From Chthoniobacterales bacterium (GTDB lineage: Bacteria > Verrucomicrobiota > Verrucomicrobiia > Chthoniobacterales > JBKEAD01): 41,300 bases of DNA. The notes below the pieces were generated by a model, which was not told the origin of the DNA, made no database searches, and was given only the letters and a program-made list of their open reading frames with translations. Position 1 is the stretch's first letter. Each line of letters opens with the position of its first letter. The stretch covers positions 1-41,300 of the forward strand of contig JBKEBM010000065.1 in the NCBI GenBank assembly GCA_047973165.1. Direction: 5' to 3'. The translations under genes and the position numbers were made by a program. This document shows, in pieces, positions 17,862 through 25,576 of this stretch.

Positions 17862-18452
17862 TCAGGCCGGGGTGTCCGTGGATTCGGCTGTTCCGGGGTT
17901 GGAGAGCGTGGGCAGCATGCCGCCTTTGATGAAAAGGCTCCCGTTCTTGATTTTTGTTTCGTAAGCGAAGAGTCCGCGCGGTGGTGGGCCCGAGGCACGC
18001 GAACCATCCTGGTAATAAACGCCACCGTGGCAGGGACACATGAAGAGCTTGGATTCCTCGAACCAGCGGACCGGGCAGCCGAGATGGGCGCAGTTGATCG
18101 CAAAGACCTGGAAGTCGTTGTTTTCGATCCGGCGAACCCAGCAGGGGATATCTGCCGTCTCACCGTCCCAGGTACGTGAGTGGGGATTTTTAAAGGAGGC
18201 AAGGCGTGTTGTGTTTTGTGGAAATTTATCGACCTTTCCGAGATCGATCCACTCAAGATTTTTTTTCTCTGCGAAACTCGAAAACAAATATCCCACGATG
18301 GGAACACTCACCAGGGCGCCCGCCACGACATTCAGACCGACGCCGAGTTTCAGTAAAAAATTTCGGCGGTTTTGGTTGTCCTGGGTGTTGGCGTTGCTCT
18401 CAGGGTTTTGTTGTGCCGACTGGCAGCAGGGACGTTGCTTTTCCTCACTCAT
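17862..18452 (-). CDS. qcrA: Rieske 2Fe-2S subunit
   Basis: Tat motif NRRNFL plus TM, CAHLGC and CPCHGG boxes, SGPPPRGL. ATG 18452 overlaps the upstream stop; alternative start 18479. Confidence 0.95.
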   Translation of the reverse strand: MSEEKQRPCCQSAQQNPESNANTQDNQNRRNFLLKLGVGLNVVAGALVSVPIVGYLFSSFAEKKNLEWIDLGKVDKFPQNTTRLASFKNPHSRTWDGETADIPCWVRRIENNDFQVFAINCAHLGCPVRWFEESKLFMCPCHGGVYYQDGSRASGPPPRGLFAYETKIKNGSLFIKGGMLPTLSNPGTAESTDTPA

Positions 18453-19200
18453 AGATGGGCTGGTTGGTTCCGGTTTCATTTGTCGCAGGAAGCTCGGGAT
18501 TTAATTTGGCGGGATTTGAACTCGGGCGAAACGTATCGATCCAGGCGATAATATCGGCAATTTCTTTATCGGAAATGGCCTTTCCTTTGATGCGTTTTCC
18601 TAGTGGTTTCATACCAAGCTCGGGATGCCCCACGACGATGATGCCGCGGATATACTGATCCGTCGTGAGAGACAGATAGGCCGGATGGATAAAGGAATCC
18701 GGCTCCGGTTCATCCGAGTCGTCCTGTGCGTGGCACTTCGCGCAATACACCGTAAAAACTTTTTTCCCCTGCGCGACATCTCCCAGGGTCGGTGAGAAAT
18801 AGGGCGGAATATCCTCGGCTAGTTGCAGAGGCTCTCCCCGGCTTTTGATTCCTTTGACGAGTATGTCGATTTGCTCGTCGGTGAGGTTGCCGCCCTGAGG
18901 CTTTGAAAAAGCAGGCATCGGCGTGCCAGGGCGACCGTTTGAAATAACATCGTGCAGCACTTCTGCGGGAACCCATTTGGCGTAAGTCGGGTCCGCAAGC
19001 GGCATAGATGCGGCCAGGTTTGAGCCGTCGGAGTGGCAGGCTAGGCAGTTGATTTTAAAAAGGCTGTCGAAGTCGAGGTTTGCACTCGAAGGTTGCCAGA
19101 CGTCGGATTTTTTCGGATAGCCCGGCATCCAGTCACAGGAGGCGAGTTGAAAAATCAGACACCACAACATGAGGGAGGAGATTTTTATCAGTAATTTCAT
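18445..19200 (-). CDS. Dihaem cytochrome c lipoprotein
   Basis: Start ATG 19200 (ATGA overlap with upstream gene). Signal peptide with lipobox LASC. CLACH...GTPMPAF and CAKCH...LGM. Confidence 0.9.
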   Translation of the reverse strand: MKLLIKISSLMLWCLIFQLASCDWMPGYPKKSDVWQPSSANLDFDSLFKINCLACHSDGSNLAASMPLADPTYAKWVPAEVLHDVISNGRPGTPMPAFSKPQGGNLTDEQIDILVKGIKSRGEPLQLAEDIPPYFSPTLGDVAQGKKVFTVYCAKCHAQDDSDEPEPDSFIHPAYLSLTTDQYIRGIIVVGHPELGMKPLGKRIKGKAISDKEIADIIAWIDTFRPSSNPAKLNPELPATNETGTNQPIYE

Positions 19201-20063
19201 GCGTCCTCCTTTTCCGGTCCGTCTTGCGATTCGATACCGAGCTTCGCGGCGAGTGGCCAGCTTTGCATGGTCTCGACCCGTTCCGTTCTGTAAATGACAA
19301 ACCCGGCTACAAGTCCAAATGCAATCTGACACAAAACAAACCATAACCAATCAACGCGAGACGCAAGTGCCGGATCGATGACTCGCATGACGGAATGCAT
19401 CACTCCGGTCCATATCAGCGGAGCGACAACTCCGGCCCAAAACCATTTCAGTTTTCTCGGAAGCATCGGGAGCATCACGGTGTAGAGCAGGCCTACGATG
19501 ACCGACATGCACAGGTGAATCACACTGCCCACAATCAGCCCCGTCGAGCTGAACTCCGTCAGCGTTTTGAGGTCCGCCGTTGCCAGGGTTGGCACGCCCG
19601 CTGCCGCCAGCAAATTGATTGGATACCAAATGCTTCCCTGCGTCACCAGACCGTAAGCAATCGCCAGGGCAGCCATCACTGCAGCACCGACCAGACCGCC
19701 AATCACCCCAGCCGTGTAGGGGTGCATATCCACCGGCACACGCACGCGGTGTAGTTTTTCTCCGGCTTTCAAATGAGCGACTTTCTGAGGAGCCGCGACA
19801 ATCTCCACCGCCCGCTCCGAGGGTGGGCGCAGCGGCACCCGCTCATGCCGCGAATGCGGAAAGACCTGCCCGAAAAGACCACGCACGGAAACAAGGATAA
19901 AAATAAGTCCCACAATGCTGACAAGGGCATTCGTGACAAGCCCCGCGCTGGCAAGGGTGATCCCCAGAGCCAGCATCATCGGCCAGGCCGTCGAAGCCGG
20001 TAGATCAACTCCCTGCTCCGAAGCTGAGTCTGCGTGATGCGTTTTTTTTGATTCCTGCTGCAT
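19197..20063 (-). CDS. Multi-pass membrane protein; N-terminal helical hairpin resembles COX subunit III N-terminus / CtaF
   Basis: Likely start ATG 20063, 8 bp after the coxC stop. LPASTAWPMMLALG plus 2 TM, a soluble linker, then ~4 TM. Lies inside the oxidase operon. Confidence 0.8.
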   Translation of the reverse strand: MQQESKKTHHADSASEQGVDLPASTAWPMMLALGITLASAGLVTNALVSIVGLIFILVSVRGLFGQVFPHSRHERVPLRPPSERAVEIVAAPQKVAHLKAGEKLHRVRVPVDMHPYTAGVIGGLVGAAVMAALAIAYGLVTQGSIWYPINLLAAAGVPTLATADLKTLTEFSSTGLIVGSVIHLCMSVIVGLLYTVMLPMLPRKLKWFWAGVVAPLIWTGVMHSVMRVIDPALASRVDWLWFVLCQIAFGLVAGFVIYRTERVETMQSWPLAAKLGIESQDGPEKEDA

Positions 20064-20071
20064 AATATTTT

Positions 20072-20668
20072 TCAGACCCCTATGATGTAAACAAGTGTGA
20101 GCACGACGAGCCAGATGGCGTCTACGAAATGCCAATACCAGGAAACCATTTCAACATGCTCGTGGTGAGAGGCGTCGATTTTTCCGCGTAGCCCGGAGAT
20201 GAAAGTTACGGTCAGCAAAACGAGTCCGATGATCACATGAGAGGCGTGCAGACCGACGAGCGAATAGAAAGTTGTACCAAAAACATTTGTGCTGATCCAA
20301 AGGTGTTTTTCAAAAATGAGATGCCGCCACTCCAGCGCGGTGAAAGTGATAAAAGCGGCACCCAGCAAAATCGTAATTCCCCACCCCGCGAAGAAGACAG
20401 GGCGACTGTTTTTTTTCAGAGCACGCTCTGCCAGCAGGATCGTGAAACTGCTTGAAAACAGGCATATCGAAGCAAGCAGCGGCAGCTCCAGGACCTGACT
20501 CGGATACGGCGGATTGAGGCTTTTTCCCAGGTAAAAAACGTAGGCCACCACAAAAATCGTAAACAGCGAAGACTCTGCAATGATGAGCCCAAGCATCCCG
20601 ACTTTACGTTTGGACGGGAGTTTCTGCCTTTGCGGAATTTCATCTGAAGTGTGGGAGATCGTAGTCAT
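20072..20668 (-). CDS. ctaE: Cytochrome c oxidase subunit III (short 5-TM form)
   Basis: GMLGLIIAESSLF, LFSSSFT, FYSLVGLHASHV, WYWHFVDAIW. ATG 20668 overlaps the subunit I stop (ATGA). Confidence 0.95.
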   Translation of the reverse strand: MTTISHTSDEIPQRQKLPSKRKVGMLGLIIAESSLFTIFVVAYVFYLGKSLNPPYPSQVLELPLLASICLFSSSFTILLAERALKKNSRPVFFAGWGITILLGAAFITFTALEWRHLIFEKHLWISTNVFGTTFYSLVGLHASHVIIGLVLLTVTFISGLRGKIDASHHEHVEMVSWYWHFVDAIWLVVLTLVYIIGV

Positions 20669-22359
20669 TCGTATTTCCAATCCGGGTCGTCAGGGTGCTT
20701 CAAATCCCAAAGCGGGCGGCGACTGCGCACAACGGGTTCTTTTTCAAAATTGTAACTCGGCGGCGGAGAAGTGGTCGTCCATTCCAGGGTCCATGCGTCC
20801 CAGGGATCGTCGCCGGCTTTTTTCCCGCGCCAGTAAGAGTAAAGTAAGTTGAAGATAAAGAATAAAACTCCAAGAGCCTGAAAAATGACGCCGATACTCG
20901 AAATCAGATTCCATATCTCCCACCCGCGTCCGGCTTCGTAAGTAAATACGCGGCGCGGCATTCCCATGATACCAGCGATGTGCTGCGGTCCAAACGTGAG
21001 ATGAAAACCGATGAGAAAAAACCAAAAGTGCAGGTTGCCGAGACGGACGTTGAGCATCCTGCCAATCGCTTTGGGATACCAGTAATAGATCGTTGCAAAA
21101 ACCGTAAACAACAACCCGCCGATCAGAACATAATGAAAATGCGCTACGACAAAATAGGAATCCGTCAACTGCCAGTCAAAGGGAGCCATTGCGAGCATCA
21201 CACCCGTCAACCCCGCAATGAGAAACTGAAAAAGAAAGGCGATACAAAACATCATGGGCAGCTCAAAGCGAATCTTTCCGCCCCAGATTGTGCCCAGCCA
21301 GTTGAAAATTTTAATGCCCGTAGGAACCGCGACCAGCAAAGTCGAGATCACAAAAAAGGTATTAGACATCGAGCTCATCCCCACGGCAAACATATGGTGC
21401 GCCCAGACGCCGAGGCTGATAAACGCAATCATCACCGACGCCGCAACCATCACGGGATAACCAAATATCGGCTTCCGCGAAAATACCGGGATAATTTCCG
21501 AAGCCGCCGCAAAGCCGGGAAGTATTAAAATATAAACCTCGGGGTGCCCGAAAATCCAAAAGAAATGCTGCCACAGGACGGCGGAACCACCGGCCTGGGT
21601 ATTAAAGAAATTTGCTCCGAGAAAGCGATCCAGCAGCAGCATGATCTGGCAGGCCGACAGCGGAGGAAGTGCTATCAAAATCAGAAAAGCAACCACGACC
21701 ATCAGCCAGACAAAGACCGGCATTTTACCGAGGGTCATTCCGCGACAGCGAAGACTAAAGACGGTCGCCAGGACATTTACCGAAGCCGTGATGCTGCCCA
21801 CACCTGTCAAAAAAATACTCAGAATCCAGTAATCCGTGCTGTTTCCCCGCGAAAAAGCGCGCCCCGTGAGCGGTGCGTAAGCAAACCATCCCACGTCCGG
21901 CGCCGATCCCGCACCATAAAGTCCCTCCGAGCCAATGTAACTGAAATACAGCAAACACGCGCCAAAAAAGAAAATCCAGAAACCAAACGCATTCAGGCGC
22001 GGAAAGGCCATGTCCCGCGCACCAATCATCAGCGGAACCAGGTAATTCGCCATGCCTGTAATGATCGGCATCCCGACCAGAAAGACCATCGTCGTCCCGT
22101 GCATCGTAAAGAAGCGATTAAAAACATCGGGGGCCAGAAAGTCGTTTTCCGGGATCGCAAGCTGAATCCGCATCAGCCCAGCAAGCACTCCGGCCAGGGC
22201 AAAAAAGAGCAGGCCCGAACCGATATACATCAGACCAATTTTTTTATGATCTACCGTGGAGGCAATATCCGAAAACCAAGAGGAATACGCGGACGGAAGT
22301 ACCCCACCCGGCGCGGGCGAGGAGAGCGGTAAATCAGCAGTGGAAGTTCCGTTTGGCAT
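20665..22359 (-). CDS. ctaD: Cytochrome c oxidase subunit I, A1 type
   Basis: VDHKKIG, TMHGT, DMAFPRLN (D-channel), FGHPEVY, WAHHM, VPTGIK (K-channel), HFHYV, GMPRR. Confidence 0.98.
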   Translation of the reverse strand: MPNGTSTADLPLSSPAPGGVLPSAYSSWFSDIASTVDHKKIGLMYIGSGLLFFALAGVLAGLMRIQLAIPENDFLAPDVFNRFFTMHGTTMVFLVGMPIITGMANYLVPLMIGARDMAFPRLNAFGFWIFFFGACLLYFSYIGSEGLYGAGSAPDVGWFAYAPLTGRAFSRGNSTDYWILSIFLTGVGSITASVNVLATVFSLRCRGMTLGKMPVFVWLMVVVAFLILIALPPLSACQIMLLLDRFLGANFFNTQAGGSAVLWQHFFWIFGHPEVYILILPGFAAASEIIPVFSRKPIFGYPVMVAASVMIAFISLGVWAHHMFAVGMSSMSNTFFVISTLLVAVPTGIKIFNWLGTIWGGKIRFELPMMFCIAFLFQFLIAGLTGVMLAMAPFDWQLTDSYFVVAHFHYVLIGGLLFTVFATIYYWYPKAIGRMLNVRLGNLHFWFFLIGFHLTFGPQHIAGIMGMPRRVFTYEAGRGWEIWNLISSIGVIFQALGVLFFIFNLLYSYWRGKKAGDDPWDAWTLEWTTTSPPPSYNFEKEPVVRSRRPLWDLKHPDDPDWKYE

Positions 22360-22365
22360 AGCGGG

Positions 22366-23484
22366 TTATTTTAAAGTCATCAAAAAATCGGTGATGGAGT
22401 TCACCTGTTCGTCGCTCAGTTTCATATCCGGCATGAGCGCACCCTGTTTATGTTTCTGCGGGTCGTGCACCCAGTCACGAACATTTTCGCGAGTCAGCGG
22501 AAGAATACCCGCGCCGAGATTCATACGCGTGGCAAATTTCGAAAGGTCCGGCCCAAAAACACCCTCGGCAATCGTTCCACCAATTCGGTGACAATTGATG
22601 CAGGCCGTATCAAAAAACGCATCCTTCCCTGCGGCAACACCTTCGTCAAAAACCACGGGTGCTTTTTGCTCCTGCACCCATTTTTCAAAATCCTCCGGCG
22701 TGTGAACAACTACACGCAGAAGCATATTTGCATGCTGCGTGCCACAGTATTCCGCACAGTTTCCGAAATACACCCCGGTGCGCATCGGCTCGATCCAGGT
22801 GTAGTTATCGTGATTCGGAAACAGGTCCGTTTTTCCCGCGAGTTGTGGCATCCAGAAACTGTGAATCACATCCGCAGACTGCAATTTAAAATGCGTCAAC
22901 CGTCGCTTCTCCTCCGAACTTACCGGCACATGAATCTCGTTGGCCGTCACGATTCCAAGCTCGGGATAGTGCACCTCCCACCACCACTGATGCCCTACGA
23001 GGCGGATTTCGAGAGCGTCCTCGGGCATCGGAGCATTCTGAATCTCGCCAATACTGCGAGCAGCCACCAGGATCAAAACCAGCGTAATCAAAACAGGAAT
23101 AACCGTCCAGGCCATCTCAATCTGCGTCCCACCATAAACCTGCGCCGGCTCAGAATCATCGTCACCAGCAACACGGCGAAATTTAAACAAAGCATAAACC
23201 AGCAAACCGCTTACGATGACAAAAATCGCCGCCGTGATACCCAGGACAAAAATCGCCGCCTCGCGAATCGATTCCGCCGGAGTGGAAACCGGATCAAAAA
23301 TATTCGTAATAGGATACTCCGGCAAATCGGGCGTCGCTGCCGACAAATCCACGGTAAAAAACAAAGCAAATGCCAGGCAGCAAAACGCAACACTGCGAAT
23401 TGAAACCCCAGACAAAACGGCCTCTTCCCGGAGAGGAGACAAAAATCGGTAAAGCCGGAAGAACTTTGTAATCATACGAAACAC
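22366..23484 (-). CDS. ctaC: Cytochrome c oxidase subunit II with fused cytochrome c (caa3 type)
   Basis: IEMAWT, GHQWWW, DVIHSFW, CuA motif CAEYCGTQHANM, C-terminal CINCH...GPDL...ALMP. Start is either GTG 23484 or ATG 23475. Confidence 0.96.
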   Translation of the reverse strand: MFRMITKFFRLYRFLSPLREEAVLSGVSIRSVAFCCLAFALFFTVDLSAATPDLPEYPITNIFDPVSTPAESIREAAIFVLGITAAIFVIVSGLLVYALFKFRRVAGDDDSEPAQVYGGTQIEMAWTVIPVLITLVLILVAARSIGEIQNAPMPEDALEIRLVGHQWWWEVHYPELGIVTANEIHVPVSSEEKRRLTHFKLQSADVIHSFWMPQLAGKTDLFPNHDNYTWIEPMRTGVYFGNCAEYCGTQHANMLLRVVVHTPEDFEKWVQEQKAPVVFDEGVAAGKDAFFDTACINCHRIGGTIAEGVFGPDLSKFATRMNLGAGILPLTRENVRDWVHDPQKHKQGALMPDMKLSDEQVNSITDFLMTLK

Positions 23485-23525
23485 TTGTTCGATAGTCGCC
23501 GCACATTCACCAGAAAAGCAAATAA

Positions 23526-23555
23526 AATCTAACGACGGTTTTTGATTACCTTCAA
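23526..23555 (-). promoter_or_regulatory. Putative oxidase-operon promoter overlapped by an FNR/CRP-family box
   Basis: TTGAT-TACC-TTCAA at 23542-23555 (9/10 to TTGAT-N4-ATCAA). Minus strand reads TTGAAG-18 bp-TAGATT. Confidence 0.45.
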
Positions 23556-23621
23556 GGGTACACCCAAAAATAGTTGAATGAGCTTTTCCGGCCAGTTGAG
23601 TTCGCCCGGAACCGCAGAATT

Positions 23622-23650
23622 CGCATAATTTTCGCCAGGTAAATTACGCA
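23622..23650 (-). terminator. Stem-loop downstream of rsgA
   Basis: Minus-strand RNA UGCGUAAUUU-ACCUGGCGA-AAAUUAUGCG forms a 10-bp stem with two G-U pairs, 27 nt after the rsgA stop. No strong U-tail. Confidence 0.35.
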
Positions 23651-23677
23651 TGTTTCCCTGATGAACGCGATCTTTGC

Positions 23678-24811
23678 TTAATAGTCGTCGTCTGTATTTT
23701 CCGTATACCGAGGGTGATGTCGTTCCAGCGTTTTGGTATGCTGTTTGTGTTCCCTGCGGGTTTTGCTGTCGGCGTCGCGTCGGGTTCGGCGGGATATGGT
23801 GAGCTGGCGTTTTTTACGTTTGGCGCGGAGGCTGGCTATTTCTTCGTCGAGCTTTAAAAAGGCAGCGAGTCGTTTTTCACTAAGAACATCATTTTGAATT
23901 GCTGCACGAATGGCGCATCCCGCACTTTTCGGTTCGTGACGACAGTCGTTGAATTTGCAGGTTGCAGCTAGTTCTTCGAGATCGGCAAAATGCTCGCGCA
24001 GAGTGACCTCGTCGGTCCACATGTGAACCTCGCGGATTCCAGGGTTGTCAATGAGGATGCCGCCGCTGCGAAGAACCATGAGTTCGCGGGCGGTTGTCGT
24101 GTGGCGTCCCTTGCCGGTGGTGGCATTTACTTCGCTGGTCCACTGGTAATCGCCACCGAGAAAATGATTGATGAGGGTTGATTTACCAACGCCACTGGAG
24201 CCGATAAAAGCGAGGGTGCGACCGTGCTCAAGGTGGTTTTTTAAAATATCCAGGCTGCTGGTATCAGTGATGCTGGTGAGGTGAACACTTGCACTTGGGT
24301 TGAGATTGCAAACGGCTGCGACGGCTTCTTTTTTTTGCTCTTCGGAAAATAAATCCATTTTGTTGATTAGGACAATGGCCTCGGCGCCACTGCGTCCGAT
24401 GATCGCAAAGTAACGCTCCAGACGACGCAAATTGAGGTCAGCTTCGGCATCGGTAACGACGACAACCGCATCGACATTTGCCGCGATGACCTGCTCTTCG
24501 GTGCTGCGCCCGGAGGCTTTGCGAGAGAGACAGGTCTGGCGCGGGAGGCGAGCGCGGATAACATGTTCTTCATTCTCGCCGCCGACCTCGACGGCAACCC
24601 AGTCGCCGACAGCAGGGAGATCGGCATCGGTCTGAGCATCATGGTAAACTTTTCCGCCCATGACGACTTCGAGTTCACATCCGTCTGCCAGCAGCGCACC
24701 GTAGGTGATTTTGTTGTCGCGAATGAGGCGGGCGGGCTGCCAGTCGGTAGTCTCGTATTTTTCCCATTCCCGGGCGTGACGGGAGTTCCAGCCGAGAGCA
24801 TCCAGGGTCAT
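23678..24811 (-). CDS. rsgA: Ribosome small subunit-dependent GTPase A
   Basis: PAVGDWV OB fold, IAANVD, NKMD, GSSGVGKSTLIN, GRHTTT, IDNPG, Zn finger CKFNDCRH...C. Confidence 0.96.
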   Translation of the reverse strand: MTLDALGWNSRHAREWEKYETTDWQPARLIRDNKITYGALLADGCELEVVMGGKVYHDAQTDADLPAVGDWVAVEVGGENEEHVIRARLPRQTCLSRKASGRSTEEQVIAANVDAVVVVTDAEADLNLRRLERYFAIIGRSGAEAIVLINKMDLFSEEQKKEAVAAVCNLNPSASVHLTSITDTSSLDILKNHLEHGRTLAFIGSSGVGKSTLINHFLGGDYQWTSEVNATTGKGRHTTTARELMVLRSGGILIDNPGIREVHMWTDEVTLREHFADLEELAATCKFNDCRHEPKSAGCAIRAAIQNDVLSEKRLAAFLKLDEEIASLRAKRKKRQLTISRRTRRDADSKTRREHKQHTKTLERHHPRYTENTDDDY

Positions 24812-25434
24812 GTCGGCGTGGAGGTTTTGTGGTCCGCTTTTTGCTGATCGAGACTTGCGGAAATAATATCCAGGATTTCTTTGCGGCCCTTGCCAAGTTT
24901 TGCCGAGCTGAAAATGTAGTCGGGCATATCGTCGGCGACGCTTTGCAGTGCAGCGAGAAATGCGTCTTTATTTTTTTCAGCGGCAGCGGCAGAAAGCTTA
25001 TCGGTTTTTGTAAAAACCAGAATGAAAGGAAGCCCTGCCGAAACCATCCAGTGAAGAAATTCCAGATCGATGCGCTGAGGGGAATGCCGGGAATCGATGA
25101 GGACAAAAGTGCCGCTCAGGTTTTGGCGTTTTTGCAGGTAGTCGGTGATGATTTTTGCGAAGCCAGCACGCTCCTTGCGACCGACTTTTGCGTAACCGTA
25201 ACCCGGCAGATCAACGAGATTCCAACGCTGATCGATCGAAAAAAAATTGATGAGACGTGTTTTGCCAGGGGTCGCCGAGACTTTGGCGAGACCTTTGGAA
25301 TTTGTCAGGGCATTGATCAGAGAGGATTTGCCGACATTGGATCGACCGATAAATGCAAACTCGGGCGAATGGCTTGCAGGGCATTGCTTGAAACTGGCAG
25401 CACTGGCCAGCCAGGAGGATTTGCGGATGATCAT
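24808..25434 (-). CDS. engB: Ribosome biogenesis GTP-binding protein YihA/YsxC
   Basis: PEFAFIGRSNVGKSSLIN, SATPGKTRLINFF, VDLPGYGYAK, TKTDK. Confidence 0.97.
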   Translation of the reverse strand: MIIRKSSWLASAASFKQCPASHSPEFAFIGRSNVGKSSLINALTNSKGLAKVSATPGKTRLINFFSIDQRWNLVDLPGYGYAKVGRKERAGFAKIITDYLQKRQNLSGTFVLIDSRHSPQRIDLEFLHWMVSAGLPFILVFTKTDKLSAAAAEKNKDAFLAALQSVADDMPDYIFSSAKLGKGRKEILDIISASLDQQKADHKTSTPT

Positions 25435-25576
25435 GTAATTTTTTGATTCATGGCGGGGATGAAGGGATAAAAATCAGCAGATTCGCAATTTTTTTTTGGA
25501 GGTGCAATTTTTTTGGTGAATAAAAATTTGTAAGCTTCCTTGCGTTTCCCCTCGGAGCGAGGCTTTATTTCAGCCT

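Noticed and set aside
19201-20135. Extended N-termini in the ORF track (19350 for dihaem c, 20135 for the membrane protein; likewise 28237 for proS and 37281 for the TonB-like gene)
   Set aside because: The extensions overlap upstream genes, while the internal ATGs give tight coupling and proper signal peptides or family N-termini.
17220-23403. Plus-strand ORFs of 262-319 aa opposite qcrB, ctaD and ctaC
   Set aside because: Antisense to conserved respiratory genes, with low-complexity Arg/His/Gln-rich translations.
23618-23645. dif-like 28-mer AATTCGCATAA-TTTTCG-CCAGGTAAATT at the edge of the respiratory operon
   Set aside because: The left arm resembles a XerC arm, but the conserved inner TTAT of the XerD arm is CCAG. 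The sequence is better explained as the stem-loop after rsgA.
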